A stretch of DNA of 52,575 bases from Pelomyxa schiedti. Lineage: Eukaryota > Protista > Evosea. Positions 51,050-52,575 of this stretch are shown piece after piece. The notes beneath the pieces were generated by a model that saw nothing but the letters and a program-made list of their open reading frames with translations, was not told the DNA's origin and did not search any database. Made by a program: the position numbers and the translations under genes. The DNA lies in contig JAHLWZ010000421.1 of the NCBI GenBank assembly GCA_020536535.1, positions 1 to 52,575 on the forward strand, given 5' to 3'. Numbering within the stretch: the stretch's first letter is position 1; every line of letters starts with the position of its first letter.

Positions 51050-52575
51050 CTACATCACATTGCACTTTGAAGGAGGTGGTGCGTTGGCCCTCCGTATTTC
51101 TCTTACCATCTCTGTGTGTTTGTCAACAGGCATGAAAATAGTAATGGTACAATACCATAGAACGATTCATCAACATGAACACGGATTCTGGCACTGGTTT
51201 CAAAGAATGGCACATTCCAGGACGCAGCTAGTGCCGTGGCTTCGGCGGCTGTCACTTGTCTCTCAGATTCAAGGTCGACTTTATTCCCAACAAGCACGCC
51301 TTGAAAGAAAGAAAAGGTCAGGTTGGGAATCGGAAAGCGGTCATTCACATACAGGGGATGCTGGCAACGCCTTTAGAGTGCAGTATCCTCTCACGACATG
51401 TGTTTAGAGAATCAAAAGATGACTTGTCGGTGATAGAGTACATAATTACAAATCCTTGAGCGTTGTTTAAGTATACGCCACGCATTACGGAATGCTCCTC
51501 TTCTCCTGGAAATTGTGGTCAGTTATGATTGTTGTGTGGAACGCACTTACCCACCAAATCTAACAAATGGACCATGCAATTCTTTCCGTCAATGCTCAGC
51601 AATTTATTCTTGGAGGGAACATTAAGGGAAATGAAATCCTTGAACCAATAAACATACATAAGAATCATCCCGCTCTGGATCATATCCAGTGAGACTGTTT
51701 GGAACAATCAATGAAAAAAAAGAGGTAAAGTGCCGCTTTACATACAATACATTCTGAATAAATTGGACACACAGGGCAGCTTTGCCCACACCCCGTCCCC
51801 CGGTTACAATGATCTTGTAGTCCTCCACTTCTCCTGGTTTGATAGATGACTCAGAAGATGCCGCAGTTGATGAACTTGGTTTGTAAGAGGCAGCAGTCCC
51901 AGGCACATATGATGAGGAGGTGCTCGTTGATGAAGATAAGGAAGAAGAAGATGGAGGTGTGCATCCAGGGACACTGTTTACATTTATACCCACCCAACGG
52001 CCATCAAGAAGTTTGTATTGTGGCCACCAACGGTCATTTCTGCGGTCCCACCAATCATATGGATATGTTGGTTTCTCTTCCATTTTCTCCTCTTCTTTCC
52101 TGTGGACGTTTGAATGAAGGAATGAATGAACAAAACATAAAAAAAAAAAATTCGTGACAACATACACTTTCTCCATGTTTGGGGCAGCCAAGGAATCCAT
52201 CATTTGAGTCATTGCTTCAGTCATCCTCCCGTCTTGTTTGATCTCGTTTGCAAATTCCTGGAGCTTTTCTTTGTTCGCCTCGCGATAGCACACTGTTGTG
52301 TTGATGCGATCAGAAGGGACGAGATGGAATTTGGGTATAAATATAAATATAAATATAAATATAAATATAAATATAAATATAAATATAAATATAAATATAA
52401 ATATAAATGAAAAAGAAGAAGAAGAAGAAGAAATCGGAGGAAGAGAAGAGAAGAGAATGGGTAATGGAGAAGAATATAGAGAATGCAGACCCGCAAGAAA
52501 CATGTCAGTGATCAACGAAAAGTTGCTGAACTTGATGTAAAGCCCTCCTGTCCGTTTCGCCATCTCCTCGTAAAA
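51050..52575 (-). CDS. 3' part of a gene: probable VWA-domain C-terminal end + linker + atypical Ras/Rap-like GTPase domain ending in CAAX (CNVM)
   Basis: YKIIVTGGRGVGKAALCVQFIQN, YDPERDDSY, LLDLVGEEE, GFVIMYSIT..SSF, VLVGNKVDL, FFETSAR, CNVM*. Upstream in-frame exon FYEEMAKRTGGLY..F.LITDMFLAVCYRE. Start lies outside the window. Confidence 0.8.
52337..52431. repeat. (ATAAAT)x12 microsatellite followed by a GAA repeat, inside an intron
   Basis: Directly visible tandem hexamer at 52337-52408, then GAAGAAGAA... Confidence 0.95.

Noticed and set aside
52204-52540. ORFs with YKYK/ININ/LYLY/FIFI repeats
   Set aside because: Translations of an intronic ATAAAT microsatellite.
1423-52575. Cyclase + LRR-PP2C + Ras in one window as a 'split fungal Cyr1' module
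   Set aside because: The genes are 20 kb or more apart with unrelated genes between, and these families are large in amoebae, so coincidence is likely.
1-52575. Transposons, rRNA, tRNA, CRISPR or prokaryotic operons
   Set aside because: No transposase/RT motifs, terminal repeats or RNA-gene signatures recognised; the sequence is spliceosomal-intron-rich eukaryotic DNA.

Overview
Gene-dense eukaryotic (protist) genomic scaffold with many short (~35-60 nt) GT-AG introns, CTAAC-like branch points, tiny intergenic spacers and two 100-N gaps. Gene style and one lineage-expanded family motif suggest an archamoeba such as Pelomyxa (my inference). About 21 genes were reconstructed by manual splicing: AKTIP-like pseudo-E2, a multi-TM PAS/adenylate cyclase, two tandem F-box paralogs, two tandem intronless 'QFVAL..NPRCGAGSPARAL' paralogs, a Ser/Pro-rich orphan, a Rab, an Elongin-A-like gene, ARMC9, a bZIP factor, DUF4112, CHMP2, a START protein, an LRR-PP2C phosphatase, a large low-complexity orphan, a METTL2/6-like methyltransferase, CWC22, an NCS/calcineurin-B-like EF-hand protein, an RCC1-TBC protein and a probable VWA protein fused to a degenerate Ras domain. 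The first 614 bp is a near-identical (probably allelic) copy of 27534-28166. Most notable: the degenerate Ras fusion, a 6-kb block of duplicated putative ubiquitin-ligase adaptors, a 5-nt microexon, and long low-complexity insertions inside folded domains. I recognised no tRNA, rRNA, transposon or CRISPR. CDS coordinates span introns and are approximate.
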